A stretch of DNA of 63,898 nt, counting the filler, from Folioceros fuciformis (Eukaryota), in NCBI GenBank assembly GCA_049999805.1. It is 6 parts of 5 records of this genome, joined end to end, with 100 filler letters (N's around TTAATTAATTAA, not from the genome) between each part and the next. Parts side by side here need not be neighbours in the genome. Positions count along the whole stretch, not along the records: positions 1 to 29,729 come from JBNGIO010005757.1; 5 more parts are not named here. One strand, 5' to 3'. A program made the translations under genes and the position numbers. The notes under the pieces were generated by a model. It was given only the letters and a program-made list of their open reading frames with translations. It was not told the origin of the DNA and made no database searches. Positions within the stretch are counted from its first letter, which is position 1. Each line of letters starts with the position of its first letter. This document shows positions 1 to 13,293 of the stretch, in pieces.

Positions 1-578
1 ATGGGCGGACTGCTTGATGTTCGTGAGTGAGCACAGCTAGGTGAGGTTTCCTTCCAAAGGCAGCAATCTGAGAATTGGCAAAGGTATGAGGGAGACATTT
101 ACCAATTGAGATCGGAACTTTTTTCACATCGAGCAGTCCGCCCCGAAATTTGATGGACGACGACTAAGTGGAGTGTCAGTTACGCGTGGAAAGCGAAAGG
201 GGCACAAGCACTTAGGGAGTTGAGCATGCCTGAAGAAAAGTGAGAATGAACTTCTCACAGGTGTTTGTCGGAGGACGTCCCATCAGTGAACTAGCCGAGT
301 TACTATACATCACAGCTGAGGAATTGTGGCAATGATTGTGGATAGAGGCAGTTGATTTGCTAATGTGGTTGGCCGATTGGACTCGGGAAGGTACTAACGT
401 AGATTTTTATAAGATGCCATACATAGTGTCTCGTAGGGTTGTGCTGAAGATGGTGGTGTTGCGTTTAAGTTTGACAAACGAAGCTACCCCGGTGCAACAG
501 ATTAAGACACAGGTGAATTCGTATCCATCCATTCATAAGAACAATGGGCGATTTTAGTGGAGTCATAGTCCGATAAGC

Positions 579-1649
579 ATGCTGGACTTTGGGGAGTCAA
601 GCCGGGTGGCAGGAAGAACGGACCAAGAACCAGTCCTTAGCAAGAATGATGTGTTTACAAGCAGGCATGGCAGCATGTCGCTGGCAGATTTTGAGGAAAA
701 GTTCAAATGGTCGCTAGACGAAATGGTGCTGAAATGCAAATCAGAACTCACACCGGGAATGGCGTTGAGAAAGATGAGCACATTTCTAGCTGGAGAGGCA
801 CTCACTTGCTATTGAGATTCCAAGGAGAAGATCATGGAGAATGCACGAGAGCTTATCAAGACCAGAAGAATGGGCAAGTCACTCAAAGAAGATGATGATG
901 AAGCAAGAATTGCAGGACCTTCAAAGATGGTAACGTGCTTGGTGGATGAGATGTTTCACTCGTTCTCTAAAATGTTTCCGTTCTCGTCCATTGAAAAAAT
1001 CCAAGAGTTGTCCAAGTTTGTTATCAAGCCAAATGAACCTCGTTGGTCAGTGTATATGAGGCTCCGACAGCTGGTTAAGCACACGAAGGTGAAAAAAATG
1101 AGTGAGGCAGCACAAATATACATCGCAGCCTTTCCCGATCGATAGTAAAGAGTGATTGCCAACTTTATGCACATGCTACATGGAGCAGATTATGAGCTGG
1201 AGTAGACTTATGAGATGGCTGAATGGGTGATGAAGGGTGATGCAATCACCAGTGCCTACTGGGAGGAGCACCACCTAGGTAGAGGGCATTCTAGAACAAC
1301 CAGCACCTCGAAGATCAACGGTAGGAATACATACCGTGAGCGAAGACAGTCATCTAGTCTGAGAAGATCTTCACCCCTAAAGGAGAGATCAGTCAATAGT
1401 GTTGTTGTAAGCAAAAATGCCAGCAAGTGCCCGAAGTGCAAAGGAGCACACCGAGTCAGTGAGTGTGATTATCGGTCAAGAGGGGTAAAGGAGAAGGAGG
1501 TATGTCGAGCTTGCGGTGAGCCAAGACATATTGAGGCTACATGCTGGCAAGCGCACCCCAAACTCAAGCAAAAGATAGTGAACGAGTGGAGCGGGAAAGC
1601 AGATCATGGGGCCAATTACACACACAAAGCTCTTTTGAGTGAAGTATAG
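579..1649 (+). pseudogene. Gag-like protein with two CCHC-type zinc knuckles (fragmented)
   Basis: ORFs 579-815, 834-1145 and 1215-1649; aligns by eye to the gag-like ORFs at 18541-19668 (FPFSSIEKIQELSKF vs FPLKTLEKIAELASF; FLAGEALTCY vs HLEDEALDLY). Confidence 0.7.
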
Positions 1650-2097
1650 CGCTTACACAAACAATTGGCTCTAAGTGTGAGTGTCACCACTCCGCTCACG
1701 CCGGGATGGAATGAAGACAACTCAAACGATGAGGCGGAGGTAAGTGTGCTTATGGCAGGGAGAGCGAATAAGCCACAGACAGAAATCATGGAATTTGGAA
1801 AAGGGGTTTCACGTCGGTAGTTTGAGGACATGCAACAATCTAGGATGCCAAGCTCCTTCAGGCAAATGAAAGATGATGAGACAGTTGCGTTAGCTCAATA
1901 CAAGGAACCGAATGCTGATGTGCTGTTTGAAAAGGCCATGAATGCTCCTATGATCAGTCTGCGAGATCTGGGGATCTAGACTGGTTCATTCAAACGTGCT
2001 ATGCAATCATGGATGAAAAAGGAAGCCGGTGACTAGGCTGGCAAGCCTACATGGAGATCATCTGAAGCCTGAAGCCTGAGGAAGAGGTGGAATTGCA

Positions 2098-2565
2098 ATG
2101 GTGAAAAATCAGGACAAGCATGTCACGCTCGATGGATTTGCTCTCGAATGGGTACTGATAGACACTGGTGTAGGCCTAGTGATGCTTGGATTTCGGGTGC
2201 AACAAGCTTTGAAGCTGTATGGGGAAAGAATTAGGCCAAACAATGTAAGAATCGTGACTTCTGTAGGCACCAGGGAGCGGATGTTAGGGGTAACACGGGA
2301 GCCAACTCATATAGAATTCAAAACAGGTACACTGGATGCATGTATAAAACGAGTGCACTGATTTGTGTCTAAGGTAGAGAACTATGATGTCTGGCTTGGA
2401 GCTGATGCAACCCATGGTCCCGCAATGGGGGTGGACCCATTATACTTGGTGGTGTTCTATCGATCAGGATGGCAGACCAGGAATTTTACTCGGGTAGCCC
2501 GAATTCCTTTGGAAATGAGAAGACGCGGCACAAAGGCAGGGAATGTGTCAGCACTGGGCGGTTAG
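2098..2565 (+). pseudogene. Retropepsin-type aspartic protease (one in-frame stop)
   Basis: VLIDTG catalytic motif and downstream YDVWLG motif; clear paralog at 28122-29018. Confidence 0.75.
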
Positions 2566-2817
2566 GTAGCATAGAGTCTGGATCAAGATGAAATGTGGAC
2601 AAAAACTCAAGAGATGATGGGTGAAGAAATGCAAGAGTCACACAAGAGTAGAATTGGAATGTGCATCCGGACCACCTAGGAACTGGAGCAAGCATTGGTA
2701 AGAGAACACAATCAATAGGAGAAACAAAGGTCCTGGCATGCCTCTGATGTCTGTCTGGAGAGTTGACTGCCAAATGTAAAAAGGCTCAAGGAGGAAGAGC
2801 TTCGCATTGGTAACAGG

Positions 2818-3750
2818 GTGATTCACTGGAATCCAGCTAATCAAGGGATCCATCTAGTTGAGTTGTGTGCAGGGATCAGCACTGGGTTGGAGGTAGTGCT
2901 ATGGTGTAGAATAAGAATAAAAAAATACACTTGTCTAGAGCAAAATGATAAGACCCGTGCAGTCGCAAAAGCACGAATTAGGGGTCTGCAACAATTCTTC
3001 CCCACCCAATTCAGTGTAGCAACCATGAAGGGGTGTTAAAGTAAGCTCTTTGAAGACATTAAGCTGCTGGGAAGGCAATAGTTGGAGTCTATGGGCTGTC
3101 CCGTGGACCTGCTAATGGCAAGTTGGGAATGCAAGACATTTCCAAGGTAGGTAGGGGAAGGGGGAACAGTCTAAGGCAAGTTGAGGAAGTGATACGAGTG
3201 CTACAGTTGGTGCAAGAGTTGAACCCCAATTGTTAGTATTTATTAGAAGATGTGTGTGGCGCATTTGACAAGCGAGAGGCCATCAGGCACAATTATGGAC
3301 AACTTAGACAATGGCTGGGGAGTGAGTTTATTATTGATGTTGCTCAAGTAGGTTCATATGCACGCCCGGTGCGAAGTTTCTAGACCAACGTGGCTAATGT
3401 CAAGGTCTTTAGGTAGCATAGGGTGGGCACCAAGCCCCCGCAACAAGAGGTGGATGAGATATTTGAGGAGGATAGAGTGTCTCAAGAAGTAAGAAGGGCA
3501 AATTGGCTGCCCAACTTTCCTGAATGTTGTAGGGAGGCCAAGAAGGGCCTGGCCCACACTGGTCAGCAAATCACAGTCATATGCTTTCCATCGTGGAGGT
3601 GATGGGATGGTATTGAATAAGAAAGGTGAGGAGGTTGGTGAACCAATCATCACGGAAAGACATTGCGATGGGATTCCGGTTGAATAGCACAGCAACGCCG
3701 AGAGTGTCTGACTTGTACAGATGCAGGCTTATACGGCAGGCCTTTCCAAT
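2818..3750 (+). pseudogene. C5 cytosine DNA methyltransferase domain, DNMT3-like, retroelement-borne, inactivated by stops and frameshifts
   Basis: Manual translation: motif I LVELCAGI (~2854), II YTCLE, III FEDI, IV PVDLLMASWEC/QDIS (Cys codon 3130-3132), VI YLLEDV (3237-3254), VIII DVAQVGSYARPVRSF*TN (3336-3389), IX EPIITER/IAMGF (~3640-3676), X RCRLIRQAF (~3719-3745), all in canonical order and spacing. Confidence 0.88.
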
Positions 3751-4019
3751 TGTTATGCCTATAGTAGTTGATATGTGTGGGGTTGGTGGCCCAGATGTTC
3801 GCATGTGTGCTTGGAAGAAAGCGGCACTTACGAGTGTTGGAACATGGAGCCGACTTTTCAATGGATTCTTAGCAGAAGGCATTAAGTGCGCAATGGGAAG
3901 AAACTCCGTGCATAAGAGACACAGAAAGAGATATGGAACCACCGAGGTAGACATGGGATCCGACAACCTCCAACAGTTGGCCATTGTAGAATAGGTCGAG
4001 GTTGCGGTCCACTAAATCC

Positions 4020-4960
4020 CATTAATTGAAGAACATGACCTTGGTCTTCTCAACATTCACTTCCAAAACTCTAGCTTCATAGAAGACCAACATCATGTCC
4101 AATTGCTTTGGAGGCCTTGAGGGTAATGAGACAAAAGGGCAATGTCATTTGCATATAGGAGAACAACAATGTATATCAAGGAGAGGAGGCAACCATGATC
4201 CCCAGACTTTGCAATCCAAGACTCTATAGCTCATCAACGTCGAGTCCAAATAAGTAAGGAGAAGATGGATCCCTCTATCGCACTCTTATATTAAAATAGT
4301 GAATCCAAATGATCAAAGGCAGCACAGGCAATGCAAATCTGGCCTTAACCTTCTCATGTAGAATCTCTATAGTATGAAAAAGATGTACATGAATCCTCAA
4401 CTTTTGGATGCGAGCAAAGAGCTTCTACCAAAAGATAAAGTTAAAGGCGCACATAGGTCAACAAAAGAAAACATCAACATGTATTCTATCCTTTGGTCTG
4501 CTCTTGGCCAACAATGAGAGTAAATAAAGTATACCCTTAAATGAATCCCAACTTGGCCACTTGCTTTGATACCAACAATCTCAACCCAAGAGGTTGTGAG
4601 GATTTCCAAGCACAAGACAAAAATCTTGGCAAAAATGGATTCAACCATAATATACCTGTAGTTGAGTGGGAGCTGTGGGGTCACCACCTTGAAGATAAAT
4701 TAGATATCATTCCAACACCATGCTTCGGGAAATTTATGCACCAATGTCTTATTAAACAAAGTACCTAAGGGAGAAGCAATAATCGTAGGGCCTACTTACG
4801 TAAAGAGGTTTCTCTTGGGATATATGCAAGTTTAAAGGCTCTTCCAAATCTAAGGTTATTAATGTCGGCAAGAATGAGGTTAGTAGTGAAAAGTTGGACC
4901 CCAAGGTCTTGAAACCTGTTAAGAAGGCTTTGACTAAGTCATTTGGACACAAGTAAGAGC
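4020..4960 (-). mobile_element. Non-LTR retrotransposon (LINE, RTE/RTEX-like) reverse transcriptase remnant
   Basis: Minus-strand NYRYIMVESIFAKIF...GQVG...FVDL (ORF 4397-4687) and, further downstream, a YADD-like segment LLYANDIALLSHYPQGLQ...LEVNVEKTKVMFF (~4160-4030). Confidence 0.75.
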
Positions 4961-5763
4961 GATGTAGGCGATGGGCTTGTGTGAAAAAAATAAGGTTAGA
5001 TTATAATTTTTATTTTAATGGAATTTTTAAGATTTAAAAAATGATTATAATAATTTTCTCCAAGGATAGTTATTTTATAGTGACATTTTTAAAACACCCC
5101 TCGGATATGCCGGAGTCGATAAAAGACTTTAAACATCGGATATCACTGTGTACGAGGTGTGTGTTTACACGGAAATGCTCTGGGGTTAAGTGGAAACATT
5201 TGTCTGGTTGGTGTCAATGCCGCCAGTTTTCGAACCACCGGTTTCTTTGGAGGACAAGGACACCCAGTAATACCGTCTTCACACGGAAGCGTCGCGGCAA
5301 TGGAGCCATGGAACTCCTTGCGGCCTGGACTTCAACTGCATCGGAATTCTGCGGTAGAGTTTGACTGAACTAGAATTTGTGCGTTGCTCTTGCTATTGGT
5401 CTCAGTGGTACGCTCCATTTTCATCTGTGGCCTTTCTTTCTTGATCCCATCTCGCCATGTGGCTGATCCTGAAGGTCTATCATCTGTACAAAATTATCAC
5501 GGGAAGTTCCTCGCCGAACGTAGTGTTATTCAGCCGTGCCCGCTGGTTTTTTAGCCTTAACAGCATCTTAATAGATAAGATCTGGTTACAGGGGCCAGGC
5601 CAGCTTCGATGCCCTCCTGTTGTACAAATGCTTTTGACAGGATTGTCTTCCTGCCAGTATTTGCTTGTCCGTTCGGGAGTTGTTGTCCTTTTCCACAAAC
5701 AATGTGGGAGTTCGCTGTCTCTTTCCATGAAGCATGTATATTTTACTTTGATTTCTTTGAGGG

Positions 5764-8700
5764 ATGTCAGCCAGAATTGACTATGGTCTTCGGTTGATTG
5801 ACTTATATTGACAGGCCACGGCGCAGTCTTACTCCTCGAGTTCTTATTCAGTTCCGTTGTCACCTCCAGCTGCAGCCTCAACATACTGTCAACAGCTGTA
5901 TAATCAACATCCTTATGCGCTGCAAGGTTATCCCCCAATGGTGAGCTCCACCATGTCAATCTTATACATCCACATACGGCCAGCCGCCGCGTCACCCTCT
6001 TGCTTGACTTTACTATGGCTTGGAAAATGTATGTGCAAAACGGAATTGCAGAAGTGGTCCTTGGTAGGGCCCGCAATACAACAGGCTTCGAAAGAGCTAG
6101 TGGGCTTTCTTAGCTTGTAGTGGCTCCTGATCTGTTTTTTCGGTGGTGGTTACTTCAAGAATTAGGGACTGGGTCTGTTTCATCGTTGAAGAGACTTGCT
6201 GGGACGCGTGCAAAGCAAGTGTAGCATCCGTCACCTCAATTTTTGAAAACTGCTGACAAATACCTTTGATGCTAACTGCCCAGCAACAAATGCAACATCA
6301 TCCTTCCTCTGCGATCCAAGCAGGACATACCAGCAATGGTGTTGGTCTTCAGCAGCAAGGCTCTCTTCAAGCAGGCACCTGGACACATCAGTTGGCAGGA
6401 CAAGCTGCACAACAGGGTGACCTGCATTCAGTGGATCACTCAAATCATCCTCCTATTTCATCGGTCTCAGTTGGTGGTGGTGGTGGTGCTGGGTCGTGTG
6501 TTGCAGTTCAGTACGCACACCAGTTTGTCCCTGCTTATGGTTCTGTTGGAAAAGATCCTTCACCACAGGTACTCCTTTCAGGCCGCATCCTTGAGGCATA
6601 GGCTCTGAAAGAGAGTTGCAGTGTATCTGTGCTTGTAAGATGCCTTCGCAGTTTCCCGAAATACACGTCTCTCATAGCTCAGAGGTTTGTGTTAATTTAC
6701 AGTTTCCAGGAGCAGGAGCAAGAGGAGTAAGATCTCCAGACGTTCAGGCTGGAATTTTAACACTTAACAGGGGTTCCGCTGCCTTCACTGGACTTCAAGA
6801 TCGGGCTACAGTGTCCCCATTTGTTCTAAGCGGCTCTGCTCCCGTTAGTGGCCCTGGAGTTTACGGTCTGGAATCTGCTAATTTGCCCTCCAAGTCAAGT
6901 TTTGCTTGTCATGCCGGCCATGGTAATAACTATGTGGCTGCTTCCCCTTCAGCATATTTGGAGAATACTGCCGACTTGTCCACTTCCAAGTCTGGAGACT
7001 ATTGCTACGCAGAAAGGGGACAGATTTCTCCAAATCAGCCAGCATATGCGCAAGCTGATTCTCAAGGAGATTCTGCACGAAGATACCACGAACCACATGC
7101 AACTGCTGTGGTCATGCAGATACAAGTGAGTTTCCGGGTTGTAAGTTTTGAACACACACTTAAGAAATTCTTTTGGCAATTAAATTCCTGGAGATTCTAA
7201 GGTGTCTAATGCTCGAAGCATAAATGTACAGCAGCAGCAGCAACAACAACAACAACAACAAGGCGGACAAGGCCAGGTACATATTTTGTTCCGTTCTCTG
7301 TTCCTGCCATGTGCACTCCGTGGCACAGTCCCCTAAGATATTGTTGGATGCACAACATTAATCTTGTGGTCCTGAAAGAGTCAGTTATTCCAACAGAAAC
7401 ATCAAAACGTGCATCAAACTCTCATAGGTCGTGGCAACATTACACCTGCTGAAGGCAGCTCCACGTAAGTCTAAAAATATAGTCTGCTGTGTGTGCGGAT
7501 ACAGTGAAGGGGTTAGGGATTGTTGCTGTGGATGGATTTTGCACACTAGTGAATTCCATCGAGTAGTTGGATTTCATGTTGCATAGGAATTGCGCTGTTG
7601 TCTGCTCAAGCCCAGTTAACATGGCGGTGTGGTCTGGAGCCTTGCATGGATTCTTCTTTCCATCTTCAGCTGAATTTGAAACCCTTTCTGAGTGCATCCT
7701 ACTGAGGAGTCAGAAGTTCTTGAGTTTTGGATCTCACAGTAGCTAGTAGATGCAAGGTATGATGTTGCACCGACGAGAGTGGTAAGTGGTACCTATGTGG
7801 TCAACAGTGCAGAAGGAGACTCTGGTTCATTAGATGCGCAGTTAAGGGGAGCAAGGATTAATTGCTTCACACCGACTGCCCAGCAGCAGTTGTCTGCTTC
7901 TGAGGCAGTTTCTGGAAACCCTAATCCGTCTGGGCAGCTGTATGCTCACTTGGTTGGCGTCAGTTATGGGGGCATAAGCTTGCCTCGTGGACGGGACTAT
8001 AGTGCAGGCCGTGGAACAGGAGGTGGAGGTTTAGTCTCTCGTGATGGAAGATCAGAGCGAGGAGGCACAGGACATGACCGTCGTGATGACAAGCACCCGA
8101 TTCGGCGAGAACAAGATCGACGCAGAGATGATGACAGGAGGAATACGAGGGATCGTGACCGGGATAGGGAGAAAGGGCTAAGAGACCATGACAAGGAGAA
8201 AGAAAGAGATGCGGACAGGCCATCTCTAAGGTTCTCTAAAGATGGAAAGGACTGTCCGTTTTCTCAGCGTGAGGAACGAGGCCCCAAAAAAGCTTCCTCT
8301 CGTTATGAAGGCTGCAGGTTAGGTGCTATGACCTCTTCTGTCCAGTTCAGTACAATGATCAGAATTTGATATTTGTTACTGGCAACTGACACAGGCATTC
8401 ATCTCCCCTAAAAGAGAGGAGGAGAGACTATATGTTTAAGGTCAGGCGTTGAATCTGGAGTCTACATCCTGCTGGCGAATATGATGCTGGGACGTCCTTC
8501 ATGTGGGATGTTTCCTGCTCTGCAGGTTGATCTGAATAGTTTCACTGAGACTGAACGAGATCATCTTTCAGTGTGTAGACGTTATACACGGTTGTTTGTT
8601 GTGCCTGAATTTACCAAGGTACTGTTGTCAGCTTCACTGTCGAACTTCCTCAGTCAGTGTTCTCTTGTTGTTGCACTGTGCAGAATGTGGTCCTGATCGT

Positions 8701-11700
8701 TTGTCTGTTTCACGTGTAGCTTGTAGCATGTTGGGCTGGAAGGCCAATGGAGCTGTCACTTGATAAGCCTATCAGGTCTACTTCTACTGCACATTAGCAT
8801 CGTGTGCAGGAAAGTTTCTATTTTGTTTTTTGGGAGGAAATGTTTCCGTGGCACTGCAGCGTACTGCAGATTTTAAACAGCCTATCAGTGAGAGCACTGA
8901 GGCAATTACTTTCCCTTGTAAATGCTAGGTTTTTTTTTTTTCTGGGTTCTACTTCTATCCTGTTGAATGAACTTGAATGGGTCGGATTAGCGTTTATCAT
9001 GAACTTGAACAAACACTGGCTGTCAATTCTAGGTCAAAGTTCTCGCTCTTCACCAGAACTTCTTTGTCTGCCTTGGTCCTTCTTGCTTGATCACTTAAAT
9101 TGAGGTTGCTGATGGTGCCAAGAGGCTTCTTGTTCAGATTAGGCCAAAGTACCTGCTGATTTGTTTATTGTGCCACAGCTTTGAGCATGATGCAGTAGAC
9201 GTAGAGTATGATCTGGGATTCAGAGAGGCTCTCCCAAAGTCCTCTGACAGTGCACTTGCAACTGCAAGACCAGCAAAGGGCAGCGTCATCTGGAATGCTA
9301 AGGTGAGCCCCAACGGACTGAAATTTTCTTACGTTTTAAAATTTGAACTCCGCTGTTGTTTTACTTTTTGTCCAGTACCACAACTAGCAGCCCTTGCCCT
9401 TCGTGTTGCAACGCTATCAAGTTGCTGAACTAGCGGTTTTCCAATTAGCCGGTGGGTCTAACTTGGGCAAGTTATAGAGATGCTGTTGTCTAGAATTATG
9501 CTCTTTCCTGGAAATGAAGACCGCACTCATGACTCGTCTGACTTAGATGACCTCCATGGCCATGTAGTGCTCTGACCATTGGTCCCATCAATTAAAGCCT
9601 TGACTGGCTGGAGAGTCTGCTAATTGGAAGCAGGTTTTAGCTTTTGACATTTCTCCCTTTGTGCAGGTCATGCTCATGAGTGGGCCAAGTGAGGAGCTCT
9701 TGGATGAGTTTTTGCTGAATAAGGGCACAGAGGATAAGCCACCTCATTTACACAATCTTCTGAAATTTGTTGCATTAAGAAAAGATCGCAGTGCGATAAT
9801 GGCTGCAGGGGGAGTGTGGGATAAAGTCCTAGATGGAGGTGATCCCGCAACTGATGAGGCGGCTCTGATACGGACAATTGTGAGGTTAGATGTTTTAGAT
9901 GCGTTTTAGGTATGCATTCTTCGAGGTTTAATGTCGTGTTTTGAAGTCTGGATTCTATGCCTTCACATAGCCACACTCATGGCATGGCTGTTGCAGGTGT
10001 ACCAAAGAGAGTACTGAGCTTGATCTCAGCTCCTGCAAAAAGTGGAGCCGGATTGTTGAGGTAGTTTAAAGTTTACTTCAAAGAATTGATGGTCTCGTTG
10101 CTGTTATAGATGTCTGTGGACTAGGCATGATGTGCATGTAGCGGGTGGACTTCATCTGCTTGAGCTTTGTTAGAGTAGGGGTTCCTTTCCTGAACCAGAA
10201 CTTGGATCGTGAACTGTGTTGTGATCCAAACAACTAGGTACATTATGAAAGACATGGTGAAGATGGTCTTCCAAGTTACTATGAGGTTACAGTGATGTTT
10301 CTTCCTGACATCTCTGGTTGTGTACCCTGTCGGGAGGAATGGCGGAGGGAGTGGCTTTGTAGAAAGCGATCAGGAGCTGAGCACGAAGAACCTCAGACAA
10401 AGCTTAATCTCATTGCAGTAGGTGTTCTGAGCTTCTTGAGTTCTGGGCAAGAGAGAAGGTTTCCCTTAGAGAGGATCTCCCAATTCATGTCGAACAAGAT
10501 CTCTGCGAGACATTTATGCATTCCCTGATGTATTCTCAAATCATTGAGTTTGTTTGTTCGAATATTCAGGCGCCTGAAGAGAAAGCTGGTAGGCCACTTG
10601 TGAAGCTTTCACAACTTTGAAATCAACAGTGGTGTTCTCATCTCATTCAAGATTGTATGCTGTGTCTCTGATAATGGAATAGATCCAAATTGTCCAGACA
10701 GCATAAAAAAAGTTATAGTTGAGCAGGAAGAAGCGAAAGAAATTGAAGGCACGAGAAGTATGGATGAGAAGAGGGATCGATTGAAAGGGAAGGAAAAAAT
10801 TTCAAATGGTTGCAAGGAGGAAGTAAAAGGCGTTGAAGAATGTCCACCATACCCTGGCTTTTTTCTGAGAACAAAACGGAGCAAGACCACCCGGGTATGT
10901 GGTTGGGAAATTGTCTCAGCTACTCCTGATTAATGCCACCCCCTCGTTTTCACGGAAGAAGGCACGTAATGGTGTCAGTTCGATGCATATATTCCTACTC
11001 ATCCTCGTGACTGCCGTGGTATTAACACAGATCCGATCCATGACAATTTCTCTTGATGGCCTGCTTGACTACGATGAAGGTGACAGGGAAGAATGTACTT
11101 TTGAGGTTGGTGGAGTGCAATTTGGTTAACGTTGATAATGCTTTGAATCAAATTCCCTTAGTAATACTGCTTGCATTTGACCTGCAAGTCAGCTCTCTCT
11201 ATTTGCCGAGGTGTTCCAAGAGATGCTACAGTGGAAGATGGGTGTGGAGATTTTGTCAGCATTGAAGGTACCCTTGTGCCTGCATGTCTTTTGAACTGAC
11301 GGACATTATATTCGCGTTGATCCATTGTGCTCGGTACCCATAGTTTTACGTGGGCGTTGAGATATTGTCGTTTCTCCATTCCAGGTGTTACGAGACACAC
11401 TATATGGACAGCGAAGTATCGAGAGAAAGCGGAGCTGGACAGAATGTCAGTTGATCTGTGATATTCGTGAGGATATGGACGGGTCATTGAGAAAAAGGGG
11501 CACAAGTTATGGAGTCTATTCCAGGGACGATATTATTCCTTTTAGTCGTGAGGAGAGGCAAAAAGAATATTTTCTAATGAAGGAAGGAAAACAAGGCCCC
11601 AGAGCTGAGATCCATGCACCTTCAGCGTCTAAGGGCACCATCGGCACCTGGGAACGTGATCCAAGGAACACAACTCAACTCGCAAAGCAGCCTTGCGAGG

Positions 11701-12473
11701 ATTGGAAGATGCAGGAGGACCTCGCGGCTATATTTCCACAAATCGATGAACAAAATCATACTGGGCATGAAGTAAAGCTCCATAGCTGTCTTGAAGTTAT
11801 TTGCAGGTTCTTGTGTACAATCTCGAGTCCCTGACTTGACTCTTCAGCAGGAAGGAGGACAGGATTTTAAACCTAGGAAAAAAATGGTGTCAAATAAGAA
11901 GTTGATGCAGGTGATTTCTCGTCCAGGTCAAGGGACCTTTTGTCTTTCTCAATTGGTGTTACAGAAATGGTGACTGACCAGTCGAGTTCTGTGTCTTCTA
12001 GGCATTTCAATACTTTGATCGCAATCATGTCGGATATATCAAGGTAGATATTCTTTCCTCTGGATTCCAGACCTGGGCATGGCCTTGCACTCTATATTAA
12101 ACACATGCACTCAGTGCTACACCTCAAACAAAGTTTTTTTTTCAGCTTGCCCATTCCCATGCTTCCACTTCATCCCTTTCATTGACCCTTACGTTCAGGC
12201 AGATGATTTGCGTCGGCTTCTACACTGCCTTGGGAAATTCATGTCTCGCCGAACTGTTCAGGTAACCTTCTTATTCCGGAGATCTGGTTGGTGTGGGCAA
12301 GTTGAAGATTCGTCTTTGCTGCTCCACTGCGAGCAGCTGATGAATTGCGTCACCTTTGACAACAGGAGCTTGTTCGCCGCGCTCTTGAAGAAAGCAAGTC
12401 ACGGGATGAACGGATCCTCTACAGGAACTTGGTGGAAAGGGAATCAGAGTCAACATTTCAGGCTGAGATATAA
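5764..12473 (+). CDS. CCAR1/DBC1-family nuclear protein (plant RSA1/EMB1579-like), multi-exon
   Basis: Q/G/S-rich N-terminal exons and an RD/RE-rich region (~8040-8300). DBC1-domain exons: 9667-9884 (VMLMSG...LKFVALRKDRSAIMAAGGVWDKVLDGGDP), ~9997-10060 and ~10239-10418 (VHYERHGEDG...VMFLPDIS). Then ISLDGLLDYDEGDREECTFE/LSLFAEVFQEML and an EF-hand (AFQYFDRNHVGYIK/ADDLRRLLHCLG). Last exon 12366-12473 ends in TAA. GT-AG introns. Start codon uncertain. Confidence 0.88.
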
Positions 12474-13202
12474 GAGGAGGTAGTCGGTTGGATTCTCCTC
12501 TGCTGCCGAAAATTTTCAATGCGAGTTGGTGAGACAAAATACTAAACATTATCCTGGTTAAAACCTTGCACTTTCTTGCCTGCATCCTGTAGTGTACCCT
12601 ACCCTCAGAGGATGGATTTTTTTGTGTTATTGAACGCGAAGTGGAGTCCCCGTAGGAAAACTTGTGCAGGAGTTTCCTAAATGAAACTGAACTCCATTCC
12701 GAAAAGGGCTATTATCATGTGCAGGCCACATCAAACAATGGCTATGCATCTATCAGCTCCACTTAAAACGAACCCAGAGCTCGTGGTCCCAACGCAATTC
12801 CCAAGTTGCAAGGATCCAATGGATATTGGATTGTCTTGTAAAACCGGGAGTAAAACGGGTGCCGCCCCTCCAAAAAATGTAAAATCATGTTGTGAAAACA
12901 TATAGCACTTTTTCCTTATGGTGGCATTCTTAGTTGTTATATTCTTTGCTGCATAGTAGGATTCAGGTTATCTTAGTATCTTAATCATGATTTATCTTCC
13001 TTTCAGTAGTAGATAATTTTTTATCTTATTTAAAAAAAAATATTCCATTGTAGAAGCCATCATCTCATTTCAATGCTGTTTGCTTTTGCTTTTTTTATAA
13101 TACATAGTGTATATTATTTTAGTTTTTGTACATAAGATTAATTTTATTTTTATTTTTTACATAAACCAATATTTGGTTCCTTAAACTATTATCGGGTTTG
13201 GT

Positions 13203-13293
13203 CCCCTTTAGGCATCACTAGAGAGTCTTGACCAAATCCCTTTAGGCATCACTAGAGAGTCTTGACCAAACCCCTTTAGGCATCACTAGAGAG
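13203..13293 (+). repeat. ~34-bp tandem repeat, about 2.6 copies
   Basis: ccctttaggcatcactagagagtcttgaccaaa repeated at ~13204, ~13238 and ~13272. Confidence 0.9.

Larger units (their letters stand above)
579..3750 (+). mobile_element. Degenerate LTR-type (probably Ty3/gypsy-like) retroelement internal region: gag - aspartic protease - C5 cytosine DNA methyltransferase
   Basis: Co-linear broken ORFs: gag-like 579-1649 with two zinc knuckles (CPKCKGAHRVSEC, CRACGEPRHIEATC), retropepsin LIDTG (D codon 2161) plus YDVWLG, then DNMT motifs 2854-3745. No RT/integrase or LTR recognised; boundaries approximate. Confidence 0.8.

Noticed and set aside
2818-3750. Host DNMT3/DRM gene or bacterial restriction-modification methyltransferase
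   Set aside because: Intronless, not circularly permuted like DRM, no neighbouring restriction enzyme, and co-linear with gag and protease; best read as retroelement cargo, though only a phylogeny can settle its origin.
5480-6076. 198-aa minus-strand ORF, and similar ORFs such as 44047-44547, 60049-60567 and 60846-61355
   Set aside because: No motifs; they overlap or shadow better-supported features on the opposite strand or frame.
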